Assembly: GCA_050633305.1 (NCBI GenBank)
Contig: JBOEGF010000004.1
Span: 192,001-256,000, forward strand
Direction: 5' to 3'
DNA: 64,000 bases
Source of the DNA: Nannocystales bacterium
GTDB taxonomy: Bacteria; Myxococcota_A; Polyangia; Nannocystales; Nannocystaceae
Shown: positions 36,084-45,336 of the stretch, piece by piece
How positions within the stretch are numbered: position 1 is the stretch's first letter
Layout: each line of letters opens with the position of its first letter
Notes under the pieces: model-generated
The model's database searches: none
Told to the model about the DNA's origin: nothing
What the model saw: only the letters and a program-made list of their open reading frames with translations
Made by a program: the position numbers and the translations under genes

Positions 36084-37784
36084 TCACGGGACCGCCACGC
36101 CGGGTTCGCGGCCGATCTGGGTGCCAACGGCGCGGGAGAGGCGCGCAACGGCGTCGTTGTAGCTGTAAATCGCCTGCTCGTAGTCGAACCGACGCTTGTA
36201 CCACTTCTCCAAATTGCGCAGCAGGTCGCTCGCGTTGCCGCCGCCGACCGAGTCCTTCTGCTGGCCAGAGACCACCAGCCTCCAGCTGAGGTCCACGGCT
36301 TCCCCGTAGGTCTCGACGAGGTGCTTGGCCTGGATCAGATCTCCGTAGGCCTGCTGGACGTCGAGGCCGAGCAGCAGCGCAGCCGCTTCTTCCTGATGCA
36401 TCGCCGAGCGCGTGTTGGCGCGTGCGGTCTGCAGGTCGAACGTCTTGAAGTGGAAATCCCAGCGCCATCGCATCGCGAGCGCAGCCGAGAACCGCGTCCA
36501 GTTGAACGGGTCCTGGTAGTAGAGCTGCGTCATGTTGGAATCAACGGCGTTGGACCGGCCGATCCCCGTGCTCACCGCGATGCCGAGATCGGGCAGAAAG
36601 TTGGAGCGCGCGACTTTCTCTTGAAACTGGCGGGCCTTGACCGCGGCCGATGCCATCCGGGCTTCGGGGCGCCGGGCTGCGGCCATCTGCTTGTAGTCCT
36701 GCGGTCGCTGAAGCCCGTCGGGCAGCTCCATGCGCAGAAGCTTGCGGGCGCGAACATCAAACCCCGGCGGCGCAGCATCTCCGGCGAGTGCCCACAGAGC
36801 GGAGAGCGCGTAGGACTCGACGTTGAGCGCCTGCCGCATCAGCTGCTCGAGCTCGATCGAGGCGAGCTTCACCTTGATGAGGTCGTCCGGATCACGCAGC
36901 TCGTTGCCCTCTCCGGGTTCCGCGTCCCAGTCGTCGTCCCCGCCACCGAGGTCCTTCTCGACCCGTCGCTCGGCGGTGTCCACGATGCCCTTGGCCTCCC
37001 GAAGAATCTCGATGGTGTCCCGGGCGAGAAGCAGCGCCGCGTAGGCCTGCTGGACCCGCAGCACGGTCTCCTGCTCGACCTGGTCCTTCTTGAGCTCGCG
37101 CAGCGCCACGCCGACCTCGGCCAACTTCCGCGTGTTGCGAATCTTCCCGAAGGTCGTGATCGGGATGAGCATGTCGGCTCGGAACTCGAACCGCACGCCG
37201 GCGTCGGCGAGCTGCGAGAAGTAGCCGTCGATGGTGTTGACGTCGAAATTGTTGTCGTCGCGGGTTCGGCAGTACTGGAAGTCGAACCCTTCCATGCTGC
37301 CATCATCGAGGTTCACGTCATCACAGCGAATGTTCACCCCGGGGCTGAGCACCGCGTTGGTCTCGATGACCGGGATCCAGGCGAATTGGGCCTTGCGAAG
37401 CTGAGCCCGCATGGCGGTGACGTCTTCCTCCGCCGACTTCACCGCGGGGTTGTCGAGCGCGAACCGAACGATCTGGTCGAGGCTCAACCGGGAAGCATCC
37501 GAGGGGCGGGTGCCGTAGGGGTCGAGTCGGTCGTCGGCGATGGCGTCGAACGCACTGGAGAGCCCCGGCGGCTTCACGGGGACCTCGGACGGCGTCGGGG
37601 GCGTCGGGGTCGTCGGGGTCGCGGGAGCCTGGGCAGGAGCCGGACTCTCGGACACGGCTGGAGCCTGCTCGACGCTCGCCGGCTGCTCTGGCGTGGGGCC
37701 CGGCGCAGCCAAACCCACGGAGGGCATTCCCAGCAGGCTGACGCCCACAAGGGACACGGCTCTCAGTCGCGGCAGTCGCAGCAC
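36084..37784 (-). CDS. TolC family outer membrane protein
   Basis: Signal peptide and Pro-rich linker; LSLDQIVRFALDNP, two OEP-like repeats, ARSNFLPDL and YNDAVARLSRAVG. Confidence 0.85.
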   Translation of the reverse strand: MLRLPRLRAVSLVGVSLLGMPSVGLAAPGPTPEQPASVEQAPAVSESPAPAQAPATPTTPTPPTPSEVPVKPPGLSSAFDAIADDRLDPYGTRPSDASRLSLDQIVRFALDNPAVKSAEEDVTAMRAQLRKAQFAWIPVIETNAVLSPGVNIRCDDVNLDDGSMEGFDFQYCRTRDDNNFDVNTIDGYFSQLADAGVRFEFRADMLIPITTFGKIRNTRKLAEVGVALRELKKDQVEQETVLRVQQAYAALLLARDTIEILREAKGIVDTAERRVEKDLGGGDDDWDAEPGEGNELRDPDDLIKVKLASIELEQLMRQALNVESYALSALWALAGDAAPPGFDVRARKLLRMELPDGLQRPQDYKQMAAARRPEARMASAAVKARQFQEKVARSNFLPDLGIAVSTGIGRSNAVDSNMTQLYYQDPFNWTRFSAALAMRWRWDFHFKTFDLQTARANTRSAMHQEEAAALLLGLDVQQAYGDLIQAKHLVETYGEAVDLSWRLVVSGQQKDSVGGGNASDLLRNLEKWYKRRFDYEQAIYSYNDAVARLSRAVGTQIGREPGVAVP

Positions 37785-37885
37785 CCTGCATGCGTACCCT
37801 CACCGCGAATCCGGTGCAACAGCTCTGGATCACGCCCCCGTTGAGCCGCTTGCGTCGCGTGATCTGTGTTGCCAAGCTGCCGTTC

Positions 37886-38752
37886 GTGGCAGTCCTCGGC
37901 GCCTTGCTTCAAGACCTCTCCCATCAGCACCGAAGGGTTCTGCGCCTGCACGGCCCGGACACCCACCGGTTCCTTCAGGGCACGGTCTCCGCGGACGTCA
38001 GCAAGGCGGAGCGGGGGCGGGCCGTTCCCGCCGCCCTCCTCACGGTCAAGGCCAAGATCGTCTCGGAGCTGGTCGTCCTCGTACAGGACGACGAGACTGT
38101 GGATCTGGTCGTCCCCGCGGACACGTTCGAAGGGGTCGAGAGTCACCTCGACCGTCACATCATCATGGACGAGGTGACCGTGTCCCGCCGTGAAGACGTC
38201 GTCGTGGCCGCGGTGTGGGGGGAGGGGCTGGAGGAGCCGACCGGCGAGCTGCGGTGGTCGTGCACGCACCCCGTCCATGGTCAGCTGCTTGTGGGCACGG
38301 CCGACGTCGTCGCCGATGCCTTGTCCGCCGTGTCGGACGCGGACGACGACGCGTTTTCGTCCCACCGAGTCGAAGTCGGCGCACCGGGATGGGGCTTCGA
38401 GGTCACCGCCGACCGTTTCCCACCCGAGGTCGGTTTTGTCGGCGCGGTCAGCTACGACAAAGGGTGCTACCTCGGGCAAGAGCCCCTGGCCCGGATCCAC
38501 GCCCGTGGTCAGGTCAACCGGGTGATGGTGCGCGTTTCGATCGAGGGCGATGCCCAGGTCCCCGCGGCTCTTGCCCATGCGGACAGGCCCGAAGCTGGAA
38601 CGCTGACCACGGCCGCAGGCGACCAAGGGCTGGCCGTGATTCGGCGAAGCTTTGCGGAGGCTGGGCAGGCTCTGACCTCGCAGGGCGTGAGCTTGACCGT
38701 CCTGTCAGGCCCGCTGGGCGACGATCCGGGGATCGGTAGCCGCAAGTCTTGA
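37886..38752 (+). CDS. ygfZ: YgfZ/GcvT-like folate-binding protein
   Basis: GPDTHRFLQG and the signature KGCYLGQE. Start estimated. Confidence 0.88.
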   Translation: MAVLGALLQDLSHQHRRVLRLHGPDTHRFLQGTVSADVSKAERGRAVPAALLTVKAKIVSELVVLVQDDETVDLVVPADTFEGVESHLDRHIIMDEVTVSRREDVVVAAVWGEGLEEPTGELRWSCTHPVHGQLLVGTADVVADALSAVSDADDDAFSSHRVEVGAPGWGFEVTADRFPPEVGFVGAVSYDKGCYLGQEPLARIHARGQVNRVMVRVSIEGDAQVPAALAHADRPEAGTLTTAAGDQGLAVIRRSFAEAGQALTSQGVSLTVLSGPLGDDPGIGSRKS

Positions 38753-38759
38753 CGCCGGC

Positions 38760-40112
38760 TCAGGCCCGAGCGCGAACGGCCTTGGCCGCGTCGTGACCAC
38801 TTTGCACTGCGGACTCGATCGTCGCGGGAAGACCGGTGCGGACCCAGTCGCCCGCGAGATACAGCCCCCGGACCGGCGAGACTGTGCCGGGACGGTACTG
38901 GTACGTCCCCGCTGCGTGGGTGATCGTCGCCTTCTTCTCCTTGATGACCTTCGAGTCCAAGACCTCAAAGGTGCGAGAGGGGAAGAACCGTTGCATCTCG
39001 GCCTTGAACAGGTCGACCAACACATGCGGGCGGTCGTCGACCATGCCGCGGGCGCCGGAGATGGTGCAGTTGACGAGCACACGGCGAGGGTCGTCGAGCC
39101 CCTCGATGCGGCTGCGATCGAAGAGCCAGTGCAACGGCGAGGAGATCAGTCCCAAGAAGGGAACGTCGTCCCACAGCGCCCGGTCGAGCACGACCCAGAG
39201 GTTGACGATCGGGGAGTTGGTCAGCTTGCGGACGTCCGCGAACACCGGGTCGCGGAGCACGGCGTCGGGCAGCGAGGACAGCAACGGCTTGGGCGGGAGG
39301 GCGGAGATGACCGTGTCGGTCACGATACGTTCGCCGCTCCGCAACACGACAGCGCTGACCCCGTTCGAACCACACTCGATGCCCCGCAGCGGGGATGCTG
39401 TCCGCACCGAGACGCCCCGTTCCTGCAGGTACTGGACCGAGGGGTCCACATAGAGCTTGCTCAGCGGTAGCTTGGGCAGCCCGAAACTCGAGGCATCCCG
39501 GGTGCCGAGGAACGCTCGCTCGAGCACGGCCATCAACATGGCCGCGGAGGATACGAGGGGGTCATCGTTGAGCGTGGCCCACACCAGAGGCTCCCAGAAC
39601 GCGTTGCGAATCGGCTGCGTCTGCCCCAAGCGTCGCAGCCAGGCGTCGCACGTTTCGTTGTCGTCCGGGCGGTCGACCTCTCCGCGGAGCAGCAGCCCCG
39701 CACGAAGGGCCGAGGCCTTGTGAAGGAGGCCCATCCCGCGCATCCCCAACAGCCCGGCCCCGAGGTGCAACGGCGCGGGGAGGGCAGGGCACCGCATCGA
39801 GACGCGCTTGCCACCGGGGTGCACCATGTCGACAGACATGTTGCGTTGAAACTCGACGTTGTGGTCCTGGCCCAGCGTACGCAAGAACGCGAGCGTCTCG
39901 AAGTAGCAGCCCATCATCAGGTGCTGCCCATTGTCGAGTTCGTAGCCCGAACGGCCGTGATCGAACGAGCGCGAACGCCCGCCGCCGCTGGCGGTGGCTT
40001 CGAGCACGACGATGTCCCGCGCGGTGTTCTGAGAACTCAGTCGAACAGCAGCGGACAGGCCTGCAAGGCCTGCTCCCGCCACTACGATGGGACCCTTGCC
40101 CTGGGTGGTCAT
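38760..40112 (-). CDS. hpnE: Hydroxysqualene dehydroxylase HpnE
   Basis: GAGLAGLSAA, GGRSRSF, DNGQHLMMGCY and LAGDWVRTGLPATIESAVQSGH motifs; follows hpnC-hpnD. Confidence 0.92.
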   Translation of the reverse strand: MTTQGKGPIVVAGAGLAGLSAAVRLSSQNTARDIVVLEATASGGGRSRSFDHGRSGYELDNGQHLMMGCYFETLAFLRTLGQDHNVEFQRNMSVDMVHPGGKRVSMRCPALPAPLHLGAGLLGMRGMGLLHKASALRAGLLLRGEVDRPDDNETCDAWLRRLGQTQPIRNAFWEPLVWATLNDDPLVSSAAMLMAVLERAFLGTRDASSFGLPKLPLSKLYVDPSVQYLQERGVSVRTASPLRGIECGSNGVSAVVLRSGERIVTDTVISALPPKPLLSSLPDAVLRDPVFADVRKLTNSPIVNLWVVLDRALWDDVPFLGLISSPLHWLFDRSRIEGLDDPRRVLVNCTISGARGMVDDRPHVLVDLFKAEMQRFFPSRTFEVLDSKVIKEKKATITHAAGTYQYRPGTVSPVRGLYLAGDWVRTGLPATIESAVQSGHDAAKAVRARA

Positions 40113-40141
40113 CTGACTTTGTCGGGATCGAGGAGGTCGCC

Positions 40142-41038
40142 TCAGGCGACAACAGCAAGCGAGCTGCGGGCGATCGCCTTGGCGGCGACCTTGAGCTTGT
40201 CCCGGCGGCGCAGCGAGGTGCGCCGGGTGAAGACGTTGTAGTTGCGCTCCCGAATCTCCGCGAGAATCTTGTAGTAGGTGCGGCCCATGATCTCCGCGGG
40301 CAGCAGCGCGCGGGAGTTGGCCCCCCGAAGGGCTTCCCAAGCGCGCCGATACTCTCGTTCGGCCGCGTCCGCGAAGTCCTTGGCCATCGCGACAAATCGA
40401 CCGTCGTACCGACCCTCGATGAGGTCTTCGTCGGTCAGGCCATGTCGATGGAGCAGGCTCTGCGGAATGTAGACACGCCCTCGCTCCGCGTCTTCAGCGA
40501 TGTCGCGCAGAATGTTGGTGTACTGCAGTGCGAGCCCAAGGTGCTCGGCGTATTCGTGGGCGGCCTTGGAACGGTCGCCGAAGATCGCGATGCACAGGAA
40601 GCCGACGCAGGAAGCGACGCGGTAGCAGTACAGACGAAGGGCTTCGAGGTCCTCGTATCGGTCGGTGTGGAGGTCCATCTCCACGCCGGCGATGATCTCG
40701 TCGAAGGCCTCTCGGGGGTAGTCGAAGTGCTCGCGTGAGGCGGCCAGAGCTTTGCCGAGATCGGCCTGGGGCGCGACGTTCTCGACGTAGGGGTCGGCGA
40801 AGATTCGAGCGATCTCGGTGCTCCACTCGCGCAGGGCGACGCGGGCGCCCTCGGTGCCGGCCTCGCCTTCGGGACGCTCGTCGACAATGTCATCCACAAC
40901 GCGGCAGAACTCGTAGACGTGCGAGAGCGCGTCCCGCTGCTCGCGTCCAAGGAACAGGAACGCGAACTTGAAGTTGCTCGAGCTGCGGGTGGTCAGGCGC
41001 TTGAGAAACGCGGCGGGGATGGCTGCGAAAGACTGCAT
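40142..41038 (-). CDS. hpnD: Presqualene diphosphate synthase HpnD
   Basis: SSSNF, FCRVVDDIVDE, YCYRVASCVG and LQYTNILRDIAEDAERGRVYIP motifs. Confidence 0.9.
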   Translation of the reverse strand: MQSFAAIPAAFLKRLTTRSSSNFKFAFLFLGREQRDALSHVYEFCRVVDDIVDERPEGEAGTEGARVALREWSTEIARIFADPYVENVAPQADLGKALAASREHFDYPREAFDEIIAGVEMDLHTDRYEDLEALRLYCYRVASCVGFLCIAIFGDRSKAAHEYAEHLGLALQYTNILRDIAEDAERGRVYIPQSLLHRHGLTDEDLIEGRYDGRFVAMAKDFADAAEREYRRAWEALRGANSRALLPAEIMGRTYYKILAEIRERNYNVFTRRTSLRRRDKLKVAAKAIARSSLAVVA

Positions 41039-41041
41039 GGC

Positions 41042-42016
41042 CTACGCCTCCCCTCGAAGAAAACGGCGGCCAAAGGAGAACATCGAGCGCAGGGCGATGC
41101 CTGCCATGTCGCGCTTCTCCAAGGTGGGCCGGAAGTCCAGCGTGTTGAAGTCGGCCGCCTCGATTCGGTCGAGGATCGCCATCCCGCCGCGCCATGTCGC
41201 GTCGAGCTCCATGGACAGTCCGGGCGAGACGCGGCGAATGAGCGGACGACCCCGTAGGAACATCGAGCGGGTGCGAGCAACCTCGTAGGCCATCAGCTCG
41301 CGGAACTCCGGGGTGTACCGCTTGGCGACCAGGTCCTCGTAGGCCACACCGAAGTGGAGCAGGTCCTCCTCGGGGATGTAGAACCGACCGCGGGGGATGT
41401 CGACGGACAGGTCCTGGAGAAAGTTGGCGATCTGCAGCGCTGCGCAGATCTCATCGCTGAAGCGGTGAAGCTGTTGCTCGCGGTGCCCGTGCACGTAGAG
41501 CACGAGCTGACCGACCGGGTTGGCGGAGTGGCTGCAGTAGTGCAGGCGCTCGGCGTGCGACCCGTAGCGAACCCCGGTGAGGTCCATGCGGAAGGCGGTG
41601 AGAAGCGCCTTGAGCGGTCCGATCGGGATGTTGTGGCGGCGCACCGTGTCGCGCAGGGCGATGAACACGGGGTGCTGAACCTCGCGGTGGTAGCAACTCT
41701 CGAGCAGTTGCTCCCACGTCGAGAGCGCTTCGTTGCGACGCCCTTCGAACCGAGGCTCGTCTGCGAAGTCGTCGGCCGAGCGTGCGAAAGCGTAGATCGC
41801 GAAGACCTGAGGCCGCAGGTGGGCCGGCAAGAACCGGGAGGCCACCGGGAAGTTCTCGTAGTGGTTGGTGGCCATCCGCTCGCACCAGCGGTAGCCGGTC
41901 TCGACGGTCCAAGGACCGGCGGGTGCACCGTCGGGCGCGGTGAAGCCCTCGCTGAGGTCATCGGCGGTGGATTCGAGCGGAACGGCGAAGAGTCGTGGTT
42001 CGGTAGCGCTGACCAT
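41042..42016 (-). CDS. hpnC: Hydroxysqualene synthase HpnC
   Basis: HYENFPVAS, ARSADDFADE, SANPVG and LQIANFLQD motifs. Confidence 0.93.
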   Translation of the reverse strand: MVSATEPRLFAVPLESTADDLSEGFTAPDGAPAGPWTVETGYRWCERMATNHYENFPVASRFLPAHLRPQVFAIYAFARSADDFADEPRFEGRRNEALSTWEQLLESCYHREVQHPVFIALRDTVRRHNIPIGPLKALLTAFRMDLTGVRYGSHAERLHYCSHSANPVGQLVLYVHGHREQQLHRFSDEICAALQIANFLQDLSVDIPRGRFYIPEEDLLHFGVAYEDLVAKRYTPEFRELMAYEVARTRSMFLRGRPLIRRVSPGLSMELDATWRGGMAILDRIEAADFNTLDFRPTLEKRDMAGIALRSMFSFGRRFLRGEA

Positions 42017-42055
42017 GGTTGTCCCCCAAGTGCAGTCGTAGTGGTGCGGTGCGTT

Positions 42056-44347
42056 TCAGCCCGCGGAAGGTTCCTTCGAGTCGCCACCCCCGGCGGCTCG
42101 GAGTTCTGCCAGCAGCGCGGTCGCGCGTTCGGCTTTGATTTCCCCGTCGGCGACCAGTGCGGCCGCGAGGCGTTCGACCTCGTCGGCCTCGGCCCCAGCT
42201 CCCAGCGCGACGCTGCGAGCGTGCAAGGACATGTGTCCCCGCTGAATTCCCTCGGTCGCCAGAGCACGACAGGCGGCGAGGTTGCTGGCGAGTCCGGCGG
42301 CCGCGATGACCTGTCCGAGCTCATGGCCGCTGTTGCAGCCGATGATCTTCAACGCCAGGCGTGCGACGGGGTGGACCCGTGTCGCACCGCCCACGATACC
42401 GACGGCGGTCGGCAAGCTCATTGACCCCTCGAGCCAGCCATCCTCGCCCTTGCGCCAGACCGCGAGTGGGCCGTAGCCGCCGTTGGCACCGCGCGTTGCG
42501 GCGAAGGCATGCGCGCTGGCTTCCATCGCGCGCCAGTCGTTGCCGGTCGCGAGAACGACCGCGTCGACCCCGTTCATGATGCCCTTGTTGTGTGTCGTCG
42601 CCCGATAGGGGTCCAGCTCGGCGAATCGGCTGGCGGAGACGATGCGATCGACGACTTCGCCCCCGGTGAAGCCCTGCGACTTGAGAGCCTCGGGCGGGAT
42701 CCGGGCGCTGACATGGGAGCACCGACGATCCGACAGATTGCTGAGGATGCGCAGCCCGGCCGTCCACTCGGTGAGCGCCTCCAGCCGGGGCGCGACCGTC
42801 TCGGCGACGGTGTTGAGGAGGTTGGCGCCCATCGCGTCCCGGCAGTCCACCAAGATGTGTACGACCACCATGGCGGGGTCGACCACCCGAACCTCGATGT
42901 CCCGCGCTCCGCCGCCGCGCTCGACCAGGCGAGGGTGGGCGCCGTCGGCCATCGCGAGCAAATCGTCCTTGTGCTCGAGCACCGACGCCGCGGCAGCGTG
43001 GGCATCGAAGCTCTCCCCAGCGGCAATGAGCTGGACTTGAGCGATCATCCACGGCGCATCGTTGTGCGCAGAGAACCCGCCGCCGGCCCGAATCATTTTC
43101 GCGGCGTTGCTGGCCGCGGCGACGACCGAAGCTTCTTCCACGCACATCGGGACGAGGAAGTCCCGGCCGTTGATGCGGAAGTTGGTTGCGATCGCCAGCG
43201 GCAGCTCGAGCGTGCCGACGACGTTCTCGATCATGTGGTTGGCGCGGTGCATGTCGAGCGCGCCAACGTCGAGATCGGAGAGCCGGGCCATGTCGAGCCC
43301 GGTCGCCTCAGCGACCGCTTTGCGTCGGGCCTGGATGTCGAGCTTGAAGAACCCCGACAGCCTGGAGTTGGTCGGAATGCGCTCTTCGGCCCGGATGCCG
43401 CGGTCCGCGACCTTGAGGTCGGAGAGCAAGGCCATCTTGTGCTCCCGGTGCAGCCGCTCCCCGAACCGATCGAGGTCCGCGCCCGAAGCCGCGAACACCA
43501 CCACGAGGTCGCCTCCGCCCGCGCCGCTGGGCTTGGCTGCGAGACCATCGGCCTCGGCCTCTTCGATGATGCGCTCGATGGCATCGGTCATGATCGGGGC
43601 CCCCGACATGGTGGCCAGCGCACGCAGGCCTTCGTTGTGACGCCGGGTTGCTTCGCGGACACCCGCGAGGCTCTTGGCGGGGTCCGGGCTGTCGCGGAAC
43701 GCGGTGAGGAACTGATCGACCGCTCCGGTGAGGAGGCCCATCGCATCGGCGTAGGGTCCGGGGCGCTCGACGGCTGCGGCCTTGACCTGTGCGACGAACC
43801 GGCTCGTGACCGCCGGCGCCCCCGCATCCACGAACCCGATGTGGGCCCACTGTGGCATGGCGACCGCCCGGGTCTTTCGATCCTGGAAGCGAAGCAGGCC
43901 TCCGAGCACCGCTGCCGCAACGTCGGCACCCGAGCCGCCGCCGCCCTGGGCTTCGGCGTGGGCGGCCAGCGCGAGGGAGAGCGCGTCCTCGCGGACCTGT
44001 GGGTCGAACGGGTCGAGACCCGCCGCGGTGAGGTGGTAGCCGATCACCGAGGCTGCAACCGCGGCACTGCTGCCCAGGCCAAGCTTGCGCGCGCCCATCG
44101 TGAACCCGCCGGTCTCCACGACGGGAGGCGCGCCGATGTCTTGCACGCCTCGGGCCTGGAGGTAGCCTTTGACCCGCTGATGAGCGCACCGTACGACTGC
44201 GGTGGGGCCCGCCTTCGGGGGGAGGGCCGGCGCGTGGGCGACTGCACGCACGTCGAGCGCCGCCACCAGGGCAGGGGCGCCCTCGAGCACCGCGTACTCG
44301 CCGATCAGGAACGCCTTGCCTGGCGCTGAAACTGGGATGTCGTTCAT
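42056..44347 (-). CDS. Fusion: phosphomevalonate kinase (N-term) + class II HMG-CoA reductase (C-term)
   Basis: GHMP motifs APGKAFLIGEYAVL, KLGLGSSAA, GSGADVAA and KPSGAGGGD, continuing in frame into SRLSGFFKL, ENVVG, EEASVVAA, DAMGAN, THNKGIMNG and GIQRGHMSLH. Confidence 0.92.
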   Translation of the reverse strand: MNDIPVSAPGKAFLIGEYAVLEGAPALVAALDVRAVAHAPALPPKAGPTAVVRCAHQRVKGYLQARGVQDIGAPPVVETGGFTMGARKLGLGSSAAVAASVIGYHLTAAGLDPFDPQVREDALSLALAAHAEAQGGGGSGADVAAAVLGGLLRFQDRKTRAVAMPQWAHIGFVDAGAPAVTSRFVAQVKAAAVERPGPYADAMGLLTGAVDQFLTAFRDSPDPAKSLAGVREATRRHNEGLRALATMSGAPIMTDAIERIIEEAEADGLAAKPSGAGGGDLVVVFAASGADLDRFGERLHREHKMALLSDLKVADRGIRAEERIPTNSRLSGFFKLDIQARRKAVAEATGLDMARLSDLDVGALDMHRANHMIENVVGTLELPLAIATNFRINGRDFLVPMCVEEASVVAAASNAAKMIRAGGGFSAHNDAPWMIAQVQLIAAGESFDAHAAAASVLEHKDDLLAMADGAHPRLVERGGGARDIEVRVVDPAMVVVHILVDCRDAMGANLLNTVAETVAPRLEALTEWTAGLRILSNLSDRRCSHVSARIPPEALKSQGFTGGEVVDRIVSASRFAELDPYRATTHNKGIMNGVDAVVLATGNDWRAMEASAHAFAATRGANGGYGPLAVWRKGEDGWLEGSMSLPTAVGIVGGATRVHPVARLALKIIGCNSGHELGQVIAAAGLASNLAACRALATEGIQRGHMSLHARSVALGAGAEADEVERLAAALVADGEIKAERATALLAELRAAGGGDSKEPSAG

Positions 44348-45336
44348 GGCGAGACCTCCACGCTTGCAGCCGGACCGGGCTTGCAGATCGTGACCTCCTC
44401 GACGCCGGGTACGGCGCGGCAGCGTGTTGCGATCGCTTCCGCGTCGTCCGCCAAGCACAAGACCTTCACGTGGGGTCCCGCGTCCATCGTGACGTAGCCG
44501 TGCACGCCATCTTCGCGGGCAGCCCACACGGCGTGAATCGCCCCCAGCGAGGCGGGCTTCCAGTACACGATGGGGGGCACCGTCGCCATCATGCAGGCGT
44601 GCATCTTGAAGCACGAATGTTCGACAATCGCGCCCAGACGCGGCAGATCGCGCGCTTCGATGGCGGCTTGCGCCGCGTCGAGGTCTTGAATCGAGGTGTC
44701 CACCCAGGGTTGGTAGTAGGGTGACGTATCGCGGCTGGCTTGCATGCCTTCGGTCGATCCGACCGGCTTCACGCCACGTGTGGTCTGCACCACGACGAGC
44801 CTGAGCGGCCAAGCATCGGCTCCGGGCAAGGGGCGTGCGACGCAATCGCGCCCGTCATCGGACTGCCCGGCATCGAGGCGAACGAATCCGCCGAAGATGC
44901 TTCGGGCCGCGCTTCCAGACCCCATCCGAGAAAACTCAGAGAGCCGCTCGGTGGTGAGGTCGAGCTCGAACGCCGTGGCGGCCGCCATGGTGAGCGCTGC
45001 GAACCCACTCGCCGAACTGGCCAAACCAGCCGCGGTCGGCAGGTGGTTGATCGAGGTCACCGCGCAGGTCGGGCGTGGGGTCTCGTGTGCACTGGCCCAC
45101 AGGCGGTCCAGGTGTGCGTAGACTTTTTGCTCCGGTTTGCCCGAGACTACGGCCTCGTCGAGGACGAAGCTGTCCGCAGCGGCGGCAGTCACGGTCGTGA
45201 CGGTACGAAGGCCGTCGAGCGTCATCGAAAGCGAACCCACTGCGGGCAGGTTCAGCGTGGGGTCAACGTCGGCGCGCTTTCCCCAGTACTTCACCAGCGC
45301 GATGTTGGAGTGGGCCGTGGCGGTCGCGGTCTTCAT
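44344..45336 (-). CDS. mvaD: Diphosphomevalonate decarboxylase
   Basis: NIALVKYWGK, PTAAGLASSASGFAAL, SGSAARS and TMDAGPHVK motifs. Confidence 0.95.
   Translation of the reverse strand: MKTATATAHSNIALVKYWGKRADVDPTLNLPAVGSLSMTLDGLRTVTTVTAAAADSFVLDEAVVSGKPEQKVYAHLDRLWASAHETPRPTCAVTSINHLPTAAGLASSASGFAALTMAAATAFELDLTTERLSEFSRMGSGSAARSIFGGFVRLDAGQSDDGRDCVARPLPGADAWPLRLVVVQTTRGVKPVGSTEGMQASRDTSPYYQPWVDTSIQDLDAAQAAIEARDLPRLGAIVEHSCFKMHACMMATVPPIVYWKPASLGAIHAVWAAREDGVHGYVTMDAGPHVKVLCLADDAEAIATRCRAVPGVEEVTICKPGPAASVEVSP

Noticed and set aside
38760..42016. Carotenoid (crtB/crtI) interpretation of the synthase/oxidoreductase trio
   Set aside because: Two distinct synthases (one with the HpnC HYENF motif) plus DNGQH and PATIESAV motifs fit HpnCDE better.
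44348..44845. 929-aa version of the PMK-HMGR fusion, suggesting a third domain
   Set aside because: The extension overlaps mvaD out of frame; the ATGA overlap at 44344-44347 marks the real start.
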